A stretch of 57,465 nt of DNA from Candidatus Aminicenantes bacterium (GTDB lineage Bacteria > Acidobacteriota > Aminicenantia > Aminicenantales > Aminicenantaceae), in assembly GCA_011042725.1 (NCBI GenBank), contig DQWD01000338.1, positions 1 through 57,465 on the forward strand, written 5' to 3'. The notes under the pieces are model-generated. The model ran no database searches, was not told the origin of the DNA, and worked only from the letters and a program-made list of their open reading frames with translations. Every line of letters begins with the position of its first letter. Position 1 is the stretch's first letter. Of the stretch, positions 21,197-30,409 are shown in pieces. A program made the translations under genes and the position numbers.

Positions 21197-21499
21197 TTAT
21201 GTATTCGCATCTTTGAAGAGATTGTCCTCCACATATTCTATTTCCGATTCAATTTGGCCAATGACTTCGCTTAGTTGATCAAGTTTCCTTTGCGTCATAA
21301 AATATTCGTCAGCAACGTTCAAGGCGGTTAAAACCGCTATTTTAACCATGTCTGCTGACTTTGATTTGACGGCTACTTCCCTCATTTTTTGATCAACATA
21401 AGCAGTCAATTGGCTAATATATTCTTCATCCTCTTCTCCTTTGACCCGTATTCTATATTTCTGGCCAAAAATCTCGATTTCTAAGATTTTTTCTTTCAT
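21197..21499 (-). CDS. zapA: Cell division protein ZapA
   Basis: IEIFGQKYRI..YVDQKM..AVLTALNVADE pattern. Confidence 0.92.
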   Translation of the reverse strand: MKEKILEIEIFGQKYRIRVKGEEDEEYISQLTAYVDQKMREVAVKSKSADMVKIAVLTALNVADEYFMTQRKLDQLSEVIGQIESEIEYVEDNLFKDANT

Positions 21500-21756
21500 A
21501 TACCCAGTTCATCGATCTGAGCAATAAGGGCATCAACTTTGGCTCTAATTTCTTCCCTTTCCTGTTCGAGCTCTTTGAGCTGTGCATCCAACTGGGAAAA
21601 CTTAGTGCTTTGGGCTTCGTAATCCTTTTTTACTGCTTGGAGATCCCTAATCTTCTGTTTCAAAACAGAATTTTCGGCAATAACTTTATTTAAGTATTCA
21701 ACTAATTTAACTACCTTTCCTTCCAGAATTTTAATTCTTTCCAGTTCACTTGTCAA
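21496..21756 (-). CDS. zapB: ZapB-like coiled-coil cell division protein
   Basis: Short all-coiled-coil protein between pheT and zapA, with ATGA-type overlap. Confidence 0.65.
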   Translation of the reverse strand: MTSELERIKILEGKVVKLVEYLNKVIAENSVLKQKIRDLQAVKKDYEAQSTKFSQLDAQLKELEQEREEIRAKVDALIAQIDELGI

Positions 21757-23806
21757 TTTTCCCTCCTTCCCTTAGTTGGAAATTAAACTCCATAATTAAG
21801 GCCTTAATAACCCGCTCCATCAAGCTATCCACTTCCTCAGCCTCGAGAGTTCTCTCGGCGTGGCGGAAGACAAAACGGAAGGATAGGCTAACTTTACCCG
21901 GAGGGATGGTCGACCCGGTAAAACGATCATACAATTCAAATCTTTCCAGCCAAGGAATTTCTCTTTTCTGGAGGTACTCTTGAACGGAAGAATACCGAAG
22001 ATCCTTGTCAGCCAAGAAAGAAACATCTCGAATAACGACCGGATACTTGATTAAATGTCTCAGAGTGAAAGGTTGAGGTTGCTTAGACAGAAGATGGCCC
22101 AGATTAAATTCTGCTATCCACACTTCCTGTTGGAGGCCATATTTAGTGGCCATGTCGGCTCTCAATTGCCCCAAAAATCCAACTGATTCTCCTTTATACT
22201 TCACGTTCAAGGCTAAACCTGGCTCACACCAAGGATGGTCTTGCGCAGCAAAACTTAGGGGTTCATAGCGAAGCATAGAAAAAAGAGTCTCCACCGCCCC
22301 CTTTAGGCGAAAAAAATCCCCGGATTCTTGAGGTGTAGACCATTGCTTTTCTGAAATTAATCCGGTCGAGACCAGGCCTAAAGTTAACTGTTCGCACGGG
22401 AGCTCATTTTTCCAAAAATAAATCTTTCCTACTTCAAAAAGATGGACCCCTTCTACTCCATGGTTAAGGTTATAAATGATATTGGTTATCAACCCGGAAA
22501 GGAGAGTCGTTCTCATTAAAGCCGCACGACTGGAAACAGGGTTTCTTAAGCTTACTGGGCGTAGATGGTGGCTAAAAAGAGAGATTTCTTCCTCACTAGC
22601 AAAACTGAAATTTAAAACTTCATTATAACCATAATGGAACAAAGTTTGCCTTATTTTCTGGATTAGCTTTTTTAAAGGCGAAGGAGGAGGTTCCAGCTGC
22701 CTTAAAGGAGGAAAAAGGGCTGGTATTCGGTCATATCCATAAAAACGAGCCACCTCCTCAATTAAATCTGCTTCTCGTTCGATATCAACGCGATGATAGG
22801 GTGCCAATATTTTCCAACTCCCTGGCTGAGCTTGGGATACTTGAAATTCGAGAGCGGTAAATGTTTTCTCTATTGTCTCCGAGGAAATATCAACCCCCAG
22901 CAACTCTTGAATCCGATGGTGGCGAAGAATTAAGGTGCGTCGCTTAACGGGAGACGGGTAAACATCAATCAAGCCTTTGGTGACTTTTCCCTTGAACTCA
23001 CTTAAAAAGGAAGCCACCATCCAGGCTGCTTGAGGGGGAAAAGAAATATCTGCTCCCCTTTCAAAACGGTAAGAAGCATCGGTTTGAATGCCTAATTTTT
23101 TAGCTGTTTGTCGCACTGATAAGGGGTCGAAATAGGCACATTCGATAAACACATCTTTGGTCTCGGACGTGACCGCGGAATTTTCTCCCCCGACAATACC
23201 GGCTAAGGCCACTGGCTTCTGTTCATCAGCAATAACCATATTTTCTGGAGACAAGATCAAATCTGTCCCATCTAACGTCCGCAAAAGCTCGCCTTTTTTG
23301 GCCTGCCGGACGATTATTTTGGAACCAGCTAATTTAGCCAAGTCAAAAGCATGAACAGGCTGAGCCGTGGCGTATAGTACATAATTGGTAACATCAACAA
23401 CATTGTTAATGGACTTGACTCCCACCGCCCTTAATCTTTTCTGGAGCCATTCAGGAGATGGCCCCACAGCGACATCGCGGACAATTAACCCACAATAACG
23501 GGGGCAGAGATCCTCCACAAACACTTGGACATCAATTAAATCGCTGGTTTTCTCAGTTATTTCCACTAAGGGCCAATGTTGTTCTTTTAAAGGTTTCTGT
23601 AAAGCAGCTGAGAGTTCCCGGGCAATGCCGAGATGACCTAAAGTATCGGGTCGATTGGCGTAGGTTTCGATCTCTAAAATCGTATCCCCCTCTACTTCTT
23701 GTCTATCCTCAACCACTAAGCCGATATTATTCAGCATCTGGATAAGCTCTTCAACGGAAAGATCCAGATCAATAAAATCGCTAAGCCAATCAATACTTAT
23801 TCTCAT
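21746..23806 (-). CDS. pheT: Phenylalanine--tRNA ligase beta subunit (short form lacking the B2 OB-fold)
   Basis: ANRPDTLGH, NNVVDVTNYV, RFERG, DIEREADLIEEVARFYGY motifs and the C-terminal FDX-ACB domain. Confidence 0.96.
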   Translation of the reverse strand: MRISIDWLSDFIDLDLSVEELIQMLNNIGLVVEDRQEVEGDTILEIETYANRPDTLGHLGIARELSAALQKPLKEQHWPLVEITEKTSDLIDVQVFVEDLCPRYCGLIVRDVAVGPSPEWLQKRLRAVGVKSINNVVDVTNYVLYATAQPVHAFDLAKLAGSKIIVRQAKKGELLRTLDGTDLILSPENMVIADEQKPVALAGIVGGENSAVTSETKDVFIECAYFDPLSVRQTAKKLGIQTDASYRFERGADISFPPQAAWMVASFLSEFKGKVTKGLIDVYPSPVKRRTLILRHHRIQELLGVDISSETIEKTFTALEFQVSQAQPGSWKILAPYHRVDIEREADLIEEVARFYGYDRIPALFPPLRQLEPPPSPLKKLIQKIRQTLFHYGYNEVLNFSFASEEEISLFSHHLRPVSLRNPVSSRAALMRTTLLSGLITNIIYNLNHGVEGVHLFEVGKIYFWKNELPCEQLTLGLVSTGLISEKQWSTPQESGDFFRLKGAVETLFSMLRYEPLSFAAQDHPWCEPGLALNVKYKGESVGFLGQLRADMATKYGLQQEVWIAEFNLGHLLSKQPQPFTLRHLIKYPVVIRDVSFLADKDLRYSSVQEYLQKREIPWLERFELYDRFTGSTIPPGKVSLSFRFVFRHAERTLEAEEVDSLMERVIKALIMEFNFQLREGGKIDK

Positions 23807-24843
23807 TGCCTGTTAAACTGCCTTAATAATCTCAAGTCATTCTCGTAGAATAACCGCATATCATTGATTTGATAAACGAACATGGCTGTCCGGTCAATGC
23901 CCATGCCGAATGCAAAGCCGGAGAATTTTTCAGGATCAATATTCACATTTTTCAGCACTTGGGGGTCAACCATTCCAGCTCCTAAAATTTCAATCCAGCC
24001 ACTGCCCCGACAAACGCGGCATCTACTGTCTTTCCCCTGACAAACCAAGCAGCTAATATCAACTTCCGCAGAAGGTTCAGTAAAAGGAAAAAAACTGGGA
24101 CGAAAACGGATTTTAATGCGCTCACTGAAAAGTCGCCGTAAAAAACTCTCTAAAGTTCCTTTAAGATGGGCAAAAGTTATGCCCACATCCACAACCAACC
24201 CTTCAACTTGAAAGAACATGGGCAGATGAGTCGGATCAGGCGTCTCCTTGCGATAAACACGGCCAGGGATGATAATCCGGATAGGGGGCTTTCTCTTCTC
24301 CATAGCCCTTATCTGAACTGGAGAGGTGTGGGTCCGTAGCAAGAGATCTTCTCGTCCTTCAACATAAATAGTATCCCAATCATCCCGCGCCGGATGATGA
24401 GGAGGAAAGTTGAGGGCTTCGAAATTATAATAATCAGTTTCTATCTCTGGTCCATCTTCCACCGAAAAACCCATTTGGTAAAAAATACTCTCAATTTCTT
24501 CTTGTAATTTAACCAAGGGATGGGGAGCCCCCAGGGGAATCTGGCGACCGGGCAAAGTTAGATCGAGGTGAGAAACTTTTTTTTGCGTCTTCACCACATT
24601 GTGCTTGATCTCCTCTAACTTAGCCAGAATGTAAGTTTTTAACTCATTTATCTCCTTGCCCATAAGAGGCCTTTCTTCCGGAGAAAGATGCTTTAGATTC
24701 TCAATTAATTTAGTTATATAGCCTCTTTTTCGTCCTAAAAATTGCACTCGAAGGGCTTCTAACCCCTGCCGATCACGAACTCTGACCGCTTCTTCTTCGA
24801 ATTTCAATCGATATTGATTGATTTTCTCTTGAATCTCTTGCAT
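23803..24843 (-). CDS. pheS: Phenylalanine--tRNA ligase alpha subunit
   Basis: NFEALNFPPHHPARD, LLRTHTSPVQ, FPFTEPSAE and GFAFGMG motifs. Confidence 0.97.
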   Translation of the reverse strand: MQEIQEKINQYRLKFEEEAVRVRDRQGLEALRVQFLGRKRGYITKLIENLKHLSPEERPLMGKEINELKTYILAKLEEIKHNVVKTQKKVSHLDLTLPGRQIPLGAPHPLVKLQEEIESIFYQMGFSVEDGPEIETDYYNFEALNFPPHHPARDDWDTIYVEGREDLLLRTHTSPVQIRAMEKRKPPIRIIIPGRVYRKETPDPTHLPMFFQVEGLVVDVGITFAHLKGTLESFLRRLFSERIKIRFRPSFFPFTEPSAEVDISCLVCQGKDSRCRVCRGSGWIEILGAGMVDPQVLKNVNIDPEKFSGFAFGMGIDRTAMFVYQINDMRLFYENDLRLLRQFNRQ

Positions 24844-24851
24844 TTGACAAA

Positions 24852-25205
24852 TCAGGAAGAACTCTTTATTTGTTCGGCTATCCGGGCAAACGTCTGGGGA
24901 GAATTAACGGCCAAATCGGCCAAAATTTTCCGGTCAAGTTCGATGTTTTGCTGTTTCAAACCATGGATGAAACGATTATAACTCAATCCATGGCTGGCCG
25001 CGCCGGCTTTAATGCGAATAATCCATAAACGGCGAAATTCTCGTTTGCGAGCACGACGGTCACGATAAGCATATTGCAGAGCCTTGTCTACTGCCTCTTT
25101 AGCCGTGCGATAATTATGGCTACGAGCTCCCCAATAGCCTTTGGCTAATTCTAAGATTTTTGACCTTCTTCTTCGTCTCTTAGGACCTCTTTTTACTCGC
25201 GGCAT
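24852..25205 (-). CDS. rplT: 50S ribosomal protein L20
   Basis: MPRVKRG..AKGY, YAYRDRR, FRRLWI and [10 protein letters not shown] motifs. Confidence 0.97.
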   Translation of the reverse strand: MPRVKRGPKRRRRRSKILELAKGYWGARSHNYRTAKEAVDKALQYAYRDRRARKREFRRLWIIRIKAGAASHGLSYNRFIHGLKQQNIELDRKILADLAVNSPQTFARIAEQIKSSS

Positions 25206-25285
25206 TTCACTCCTCCTTTGTCAGTCAATCTAGGTAATGCCTGAACTTTCAGGTTCCCGACAGATATTTTCCCAATAAATTATTG

Positions 25286-25486
25286 CTAAAATTCGTAAGG
25301 TAGCATACGCTTAATTTTATCTCTATCAACCCGGCTGATTAAAGTCGGCTTTCCTAAATTCCTTTTTCTTTTAGCTGCCTTTTTGGTCAGGATATGGCTT
25401 TTATTTGACTTTTGATGAAGAATTTTCTTGTTGGTCGTTACCTTGAACCGTTTCTTCGCTCCGCGGTGCGTTTTTAGTTTTGGCAT
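25286..25486 (-). CDS. rpmI: 50S ribosomal protein L35
   Basis: [18 protein letters not shown] pattern; AGGAGG RBS. Confidence 0.96.
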   Translation of the reverse strand: MPKLKTHRGAKKRFKVTTNKKILHQKSNKSHILTKKAAKRKRNLGKPTLISRVDRDKIKRMLPYEF

Positions 25487-26039
25487 CTTTTCCTCCTGTT
25501 TTCCGGGGGCTAACCAGGACCGAGACGGCCCACGGTTGCACTTTGTAATTTCCGTCTTTCTGGCCTAAATCTTGAATGTCATTAAAAACCCGGTCTATTA
25601 CCTGATAAGCCATTTCTGGCTTGTATTTTTCTCGCCCTCTTAACATGATCGTAATTTTAACCTTATGACCATCTCCCAGAAACCGCCGGATATGTTTGAC
25701 CTTAAAAGTATAATCATGAATGCTTATCTTGGGTCGAAACTTGATCTCTTTTACTTGAACTTGCTTCTGATGTCTCTTGGCTTCTTGGGCTTTCTTGTGC
25801 AGCTCATAGAGGAATTTCCCATAATCCATCAATCGACAGACGGGAGGATTAGCTTGGGGAGCAACCTCAACCAAATCAAGGTCTTTCTCTCTCGCTAACT
25901 CTAGAGCTTGGGCTAGGGATAGAATACCCAACTGTTTCTTGTCTTCATCGACTAGTCTAACTTCACGGGCTCTGATCATTTCATTTATCCGATGTGGTTT
26001 TTCCTTCTTTTTGACGGGTCCAAATCTACGCCTTCTGAT
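25401..26039 (-). CDS. infC: Translation initiation factor IF-3 (non-canonical ATC start)
   Basis: [25 protein letters not shown] and KEIKFRP motifs. The frame extends upstream of the track's ATG to ATC 26039, 6 nt after a perfect AGGAGG. Confidence 0.95.
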   Translation of the reverse strand: MRRRRFGPVKKKEKPHRINEMIRAREVRLVDEDKKQLGILSLAQALELAREKDLDLVEVAPQANPPVCRLMDYGKFLYELHKKAQEAKRHQKQVQVKEIKFRPKISIHDYTFKVKHIRRFLGDGHKVKITIMLRGREKYKPEMAYQVIDRVFNDIQDLGQKDGNYKVQPWAVSVLVSPRKTGGKDAKTKNAPRSEETVQGNDQQENSSSKVK

Positions 26040-26050
26040 GATTAACCTCC

Positions 26051-27835
26051 TTAAAAATCATAAGTGATGGCTTTATTCTTAATCAAAATTTTTATTTTTT
26101 CAAGCAGTTTACTGACTGGCCATTCACCTTTATCCCCCACGGTATGGACACGGAGGGAAACGGTTTCCTTTTGTAACTCCCGGTCACCAATAATCAGAAT
26201 TACCGGAACCTTAGCCATTTCTGCTTCTCTAATCTTATGGCCAATCTTTTCGCGGCGAGAATTAACGACGCTGCGAATGCCTTCTCGACGGAAAAGTTGA
26301 TTGAGTTGGTCGGCATATTCATTATGACGATCAGCAATGGGAAGAATACTCATTTGAACCGGGGCCAACCACAAGGGAAAATTTCCTTTGTAATGCTCGA
26401 TAAGAATCCCAAAAAATCTCTCTAGAGAACCTAAGATAGCCCGATGAATGAGGAAAGGTCGGTGAGGTTGGCCATCTTCTCCTGTATAACTTAAATCAAA
26501 TCTCTCTGCTAGATTAAAATCAAGTTGAATGGTCGTACATTGCCAGGATCGACCCAAAGCATCCTTGATCTTCATATCAATCTTAGGACCATAAAAAACT
26601 CCTTCTCCCTCGTCAATTTGAAAGGATAAGCCCTGCTTTTCCAAGGCTTTTTTCAAAGCTTGGGTAGCTTGATCCCAATCTTCCTCACTGCCCACATATT
26701 TTTCTGGTCGAGTGGACAAAAACAGATCATACCCGACAAAACCAAAAGTCCGCAACATCCGCAAAGCCAATGAGATGACTCTGGTTATTTCTTCTTCCAA
26801 CTGGTCATCACGACAAAAAATGTGGGCGTCATCCTGAGTAAATCCTCGCACCCGGAGCAAACCATGGAGGACCCCACTTCTCTCATAACGATACACGGTT
26901 CCCAACTCAGCCCACCGCAAAGGAAGGTCGCGATAGCTCCGCAGCCGACTTTTATAAATCATGATATGGAAAGGACAATTCATCGGTTTTAGTTCATACT
27001 CAATTCCCTCGCTCTGAAAGGGAGGAAACATCGCCTCATAAAATTCAGTGTGGCCACTGGTCCGCCAAACATCCAGCTTCGCAATATGAGGAGTGTATAG
27101 GAATTCATATCCATCTTGAAAGTGCTCCTCGTGCCAATAATCCTCAATCTCTTTTCTGATCGCCCCTGCTTTAGGGTGCCACAACACGAGGCCTGGCCCT
27201 ACTAGTTCATCAAAACTAAATAAATCCAGATCTGCCCCTAACCGGCGATGATCCCGTTGGCGCGCTTCTTCGAGAAAATGTAAATAATTTTCCAAGTCCT
27301 GCTTAGTAAAAAAAGCTGTCCCGTAGATTCGCTGTAATTGAGGGCCCCGCTCATCTCCTCGCCAGTATGCTCCGGAGACGGAAAGGAGTTTAAAATACTT
27401 GATCGCTCCTGTTGAGGGCAGATGAGGCCCCAAGCAGAAATCAATAAAACTTCTCTGGCGGTAGCAGGAAACTTGGTCGCCTCCTTTTTCCTTAATCAAC
27501 TCGACCTTTAACTCTTGGCCCATATCCTGAAACAGCTTGATGGCTTCTGCTTTGGGTATAACAATCCTCTCGATGGGGATATCCTCCTTGACTAATTCTC
27601 TCATTCTTTGCTCAATGGCCTCCAGGTCTTCGGGGGTAAAAGGTTTATCGCGGAGAAAATCATAATAAAAGCCATTTTCTACCGCCGGGCCAATCCCAAC
27701 CTGCGTTCCCGGGAATAAGTCCAAAACAGCCTGAGCCAGAAGATGAGCAGCGCTATGACGTAAGACCTCCAGACTAGGAGCTGGACTATCTACTAGTTTT
27801 TGTTCCTGGGGTCTCCCTTTTTTTTCTTGGGCCAT
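26051..27835 (-). CDS. thrS: Threonine--tRNA ligase (lacks the N-terminal TGS domain)
   Basis: LRHSAAHLLA, DFCLGPH, RDHRRLG, LKPMNCPFH, RGFTQDDAH and HRAILGSLERF motifs; ATG 27835 preferred over TTG 27856. Confidence 0.97.
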   Translation of the reverse strand: MAQEKKGRPQEQKLVDSPAPSLEVLRHSAAHLLAQAVLDLFPGTQVGIGPAVENGFYYDFLRDKPFTPEDLEAIEQRMRELVKEDIPIERIVIPKAEAIKLFQDMGQELKVELIKEKGGDQVSCYRQRSFIDFCLGPHLPSTGAIKYFKLLSVSGAYWRGDERGPQLQRIYGTAFFTKQDLENYLHFLEEARQRDHRRLGADLDLFSFDELVGPGLVLWHPKAGAIRKEIEDYWHEEHFQDGYEFLYTPHIAKLDVWRTSGHTEFYEAMFPPFQSEGIEYELKPMNCPFHIMIYKSRLRSYRDLPLRWAELGTVYRYERSGVLHGLLRVRGFTQDDAHIFCRDDQLEEEITRVISLALRMLRTFGFVGYDLFLSTRPEKYVGSEEDWDQATQALKKALEKQGLSFQIDEGEGVFYGPKIDMKIKDALGRSWQCTTIQLDFNLAERFDLSYTGEDGQPHRPFLIHRAILGSLERFFGILIEHYKGNFPLWLAPVQMSILPIADRHNEYADQLNQLFRREGIRSVVNSRREKIGHKIREAEMAKVPVILIIGDRELQKETVSLRVHTVGDKGEWPVSKLLEKIKILIKNKAITYDF

Positions 27836-28016
27836 CGATCCAATCCTTGTTTCCAATCCCGGGGATGAATCAGAGGAAAAAAATCTTCTTGCCGCCTGAT
27901 AAATTCCCCTCTACTGGATGATTATTTTTAATTTAGTACCATTTCTCTTTCATTAAAAAAATAGCTTTTCTTTCTCCTTACTTAGAGGAAATTAAATCAT
28001 TCCCTTGGAGAAAAAA

Positions 28017-28091
28017 TGGTAGGCGCGGAGGGGATCGAACCCTCGACCTCTTCCGCGTCAAGGAAGCACTCTTCCACTGAGCTACGCGCCT
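28017..28091 (-). tRNA. tRNA-Val(GAC)
   Basis: Acceptor stem AGGCGCG/CGCGCCU, D-arm AGCUCAGUGGAAGAGU, anticodon arm CUUCC-UUGACGC-GGAAG, T-loop GUUCGAUC, encoded CCA; 75 nt. Confidence 0.97.
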
Positions 28092-28107
28092 TCCTTAAAT
28101 CCATAAT

Positions 28108-28136
28108 ATATTAATCATTAAAGTCAACCCTGTCAA
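28108..28136 (-). promoter_or_regulatory. sigma70 promoter for tRNA-Val/thrS operon
   Basis: TTGACA-N17-TAATAT ending 17 nt upstream of the tRNA 5' end. Confidence 0.6.
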
Positions 28137-28355
28137 TACTAGAGAGCAGCTCCGGTTAGCGCCGGCTTCGGCGGACTCTGATTAGCTGCCCGTATATATT
28201 ACCAAGGTTCTCTTGAACAGCTTTGTTTCCTCTCCCTTCACCTTGGCGTTCCTTGCTTTCGTTCTGGACGCCAGAAGAATTAACAAATAGTCTTTTTCGC
28301 TCGGATGGTCAACGACTTTACCTTATCGGGTCGCCCGCGCTAATCCCCTAATATT
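28135..28355 (-). ncRNA. Candidate structured RNA of unknown family
   Basis: The ends pair with G-U wobbles on the minus strand (AAUAUUAGGGG / UCUCUAGUAUU) and enclose several hairpins; no family was recognised. Confidence 0.3.
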
Positions 28356-28382
28356 AAGAAAATTTTTCCCACCCTGGATGTC

Positions 28383-28410
28383 TTGACTTCCGGCGCCAAA
28401 CCAGGATAAT
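28383..28410 (+). promoter_or_regulatory. sigma70 promoter for the phosphoesterase gene
   Basis: TTGACT-N16-GATAAT followed by an AAGGAGG RBS. Confidence 0.5.
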
Positions 28411-28435
28411 TTTAACCACCAAGGAGGCCTGGTCA

Positions 28436-28921
28436 ATGATCGCTATTATCTCTGACAGCCACGACAATCTGCCTGCTCTCCGTCAAATGGTGGCCATTTT
28501 TAATGAGCTTAGCTGCTCAGTGGTCATTCATGCTGGTGATTTTGTGGCGCCCTTTGCCGCTCGAGAATTAAGACGCCTGCGGTGCCCCCTCCGAGCTGTC
28601 TTTGGTAACTGTGATGGGGAAAAACAGGGTCTAATAACGGCTATCGAGGGCGGAGGCCTAATCCAAGATGCCCCTTATGAGTTTAGCGTGGAAGGCCTTA
28701 AAATTCATCTCCGACATATTCCCTTAGCTCCAGAAACTGACTTAATCGCCCGGTCGGATATAGATGTTTACATATTTGGCCACACTCATAAACCGAGCAT
28801 CGCTTCGAAAGGCCGTCTCCTGATACTGAATCCCGGTGAAGCTGGGGGGTGGTTGACCGGGAAATCTTCTTACCTTCTCCTCGACCCCAAAACAAAAAAA
28901 GCCACTCTGCATTATCTATAA
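28436..28921 (+). CDS. YfcE/MJ0936-family metallophosphoesterase
   Basis: ISDSHDN, HAGDF, GNCD, GHTH and NPGE motifs. Confidence 0.9.
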   Translation: MIAIISDSHDNLPALRQMVAIFNELSCSVVIHAGDFVAPFAARELRRLRCPLRAVFGNCDGEKQGLITAIEGGGLIQDAPYEFSVEGLKIHLRHIPLAPETDLIARSDIDVYIFGHTHKPSIASKGRLLILNPGEAGGWLTGKSSYLLLDPKTKKATLHYL

Positions 28922-29007
28922 TTCTTGACTATTTCTTGGTCAAGGAAAAGATATACTACTTCCATGTCTACTTTTCAGTTAGATTTCAGATGATTCGATT
29001 CGCAAGA

Positions 29008-29036
29008 TTGCATAATTTGAACTCGTATATTATACT
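29008..29036 (+). promoter_or_regulatory. sigma70 promoter of the arcE-arcC-arcB operon
   Basis: TTGCAT-N17-TATACT in AT-rich DNA about 70 nt before the start codon. Confidence 0.6.
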
Positions 29037-29104
29037 AATTAATTCATTTTTGAGATAGTTAAGTTAAAACTTAAATTAATCCCGAAACAAGAGGAGGCAT
29101 TTTG

Positions 29105-30409
29105 ATGAAAAAAGCAGTTATCATGGGTGCTGCCGGCCGTGATTTTCACAACTTTAATGTTTTCTTCCGAGACAACGATAACTATCAAGTCGTTGCCTTT
29201 ACTGCTACCCAAATTCCTGATATTGAGGGGCGTAAATATCCTCCAAGCTTGGCTGGTAAATTATATCCCGAAGGCATCCCTATCTACCCTGAGGAAAAAC
29301 TAACCAGCTTAATTAAAGAGCAGCAAGTCGATGAAGTATTCTTCTCCTACAGTGATGTCCCCCATGAATACCTGATGCATAAAGCTTCCGAAGTCATGGC
29401 CTCCGGAGCCAGTTTTGTGCTCCTAGGGCCTAAGGAAACCATGCTCTCCAGTCAGAAGCCCGTCATTTCTGTCTGTGCTGTCCGTACCGGATGCGGCAAA
29501 AGTCAAACGACCAGAAAAATCGCTCTTCTCCTCCAAGAAAAAGGACGCCAAGTGGTTGTTATTCGCCATCCTATGCCCTATGGGAACTTGGAACAGCAAC
29601 GCGTTCAGCGTTTTGCTACTTATCAAGACATGATCGACCAGAAATGCACCATCGAAGAAATGGAAGAATATGAGCCTCATATCCAAAATGGAATAATCGT
29701 CTACGCTGGGGTCGACTATGCCGATATTCTCCATCAAGCCGAGCAAGAAGCAGACATCATTCTTTGGGATGGGGGCAACAATGATATCCCCTTTTACAAA
29801 TCAAACTTAGAAATTGTCGTTGTCGATCCCCATCGCCCCGGGCATGAGCTTAAATATCATCCGGGCGAAACCAATTTCCGCCGGGCCGATGTGCTGATCA
29901 TTAATAAAATTGAAACCGCTAAACCCGAAAATGTCGAGATCGTGCTCGAGAACGCTCGGCAAGTCAATCCCACCGCGACTATAATTAAAGCCCGGTCGCC
30001 CATTTTCATCCAGGACGGAGCAGCTATTAAAGGGAAAAAAGTTTTGGTCATCGAGGACGGCCCAACTCTGACCCATGGAGAAATGCCCTATGGAGCAGGG
30101 GTCATCGCCGCCGAAAAATATGGAGCAGCCGAATTAATTGACCCTCGTCCCTATGCCGTGGGAAGTATCAAGGACACCTTTAATAAGTACAAACATTTAG
30201 ATCGCGTCCTCCCCGCCATGGGCTACGGAGAAAAACAAATCCAAGAACTAGCCGCCACTATCGACAAAGTTCCTTGTGACTTGGTGATCGGAGCTACCCC
30301 CATCGACTTGGGACGCTTAGTAAAAACCTCTAAACCCATCCTCAGAGTAACTTACGAACTGGAAGAAATTGGTTCTCCAAATCTGGAGGAAATCTTAGCG
30401 AGGTTCTAA
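29105..30409 (+). CDS. P-loop protein of the cyclic-2,3-DPG-synthetase-like family; probable arginine synthetase (ArcE)
   Basis: MGAAGRDFHNFN N-terminus, AVRTGCGKS Walker A, RHPMPYG, TIEEMEEYE, WDGGNND and EDGPTLTHG motifs; overlaps the carbamate kinase start. Confidence 0.8.
   Translation: MKKAVIMGAAGRDFHNFNVFFRDNDNYQVVAFTATQIPDIEGRKYPPSLAGKLYPEGIPIYPEEKLTSLIKEQQVDEVFFSYSDVPHEYLMHKASEVMASGASFVLLGPKETMLSSQKPVISVCAVRTGCGKSQTTRKIALLLQEKGRQVVVIRHPMPYGNLEQQRVQRFATYQDMIDQKCTIEEMEEYEPHIQNGIIVYAGVDYADILHQAEQEADIILWDGGNNDIPFYKSNLEIVVVDPHRPGHELKYHPGETNFRRADVLIINKIETAKPENVEIVLENARQVNPTATIIKARSPIFIQDGAAIKGKKVLVIEDGPTLTHGEMPYGAGVIAAEKYGAAELIDPRPYAVGSIKDTFNKYKHLDRVLPAMGYGEKQIQELAATIDKVPCDLVIGATPIDLGRLVKTSKPILRVTYELEEIGSPNLEEILARF

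Noticed and set aside
29009-29047. ArgR (ARG box) sites at the arc promoter
   Set aside because: Only half-site matches in very AT-rich DNA; could be chance without a genome-wide motif.
29105-30409. Literal annotation as cyclic 2,3-diphosphoglycerate synthetase
   Set aside because: There is no 2-phosphoglycerate kinase partner in the window, and tight coupling to arcC/arcB points to arginine metabolism.
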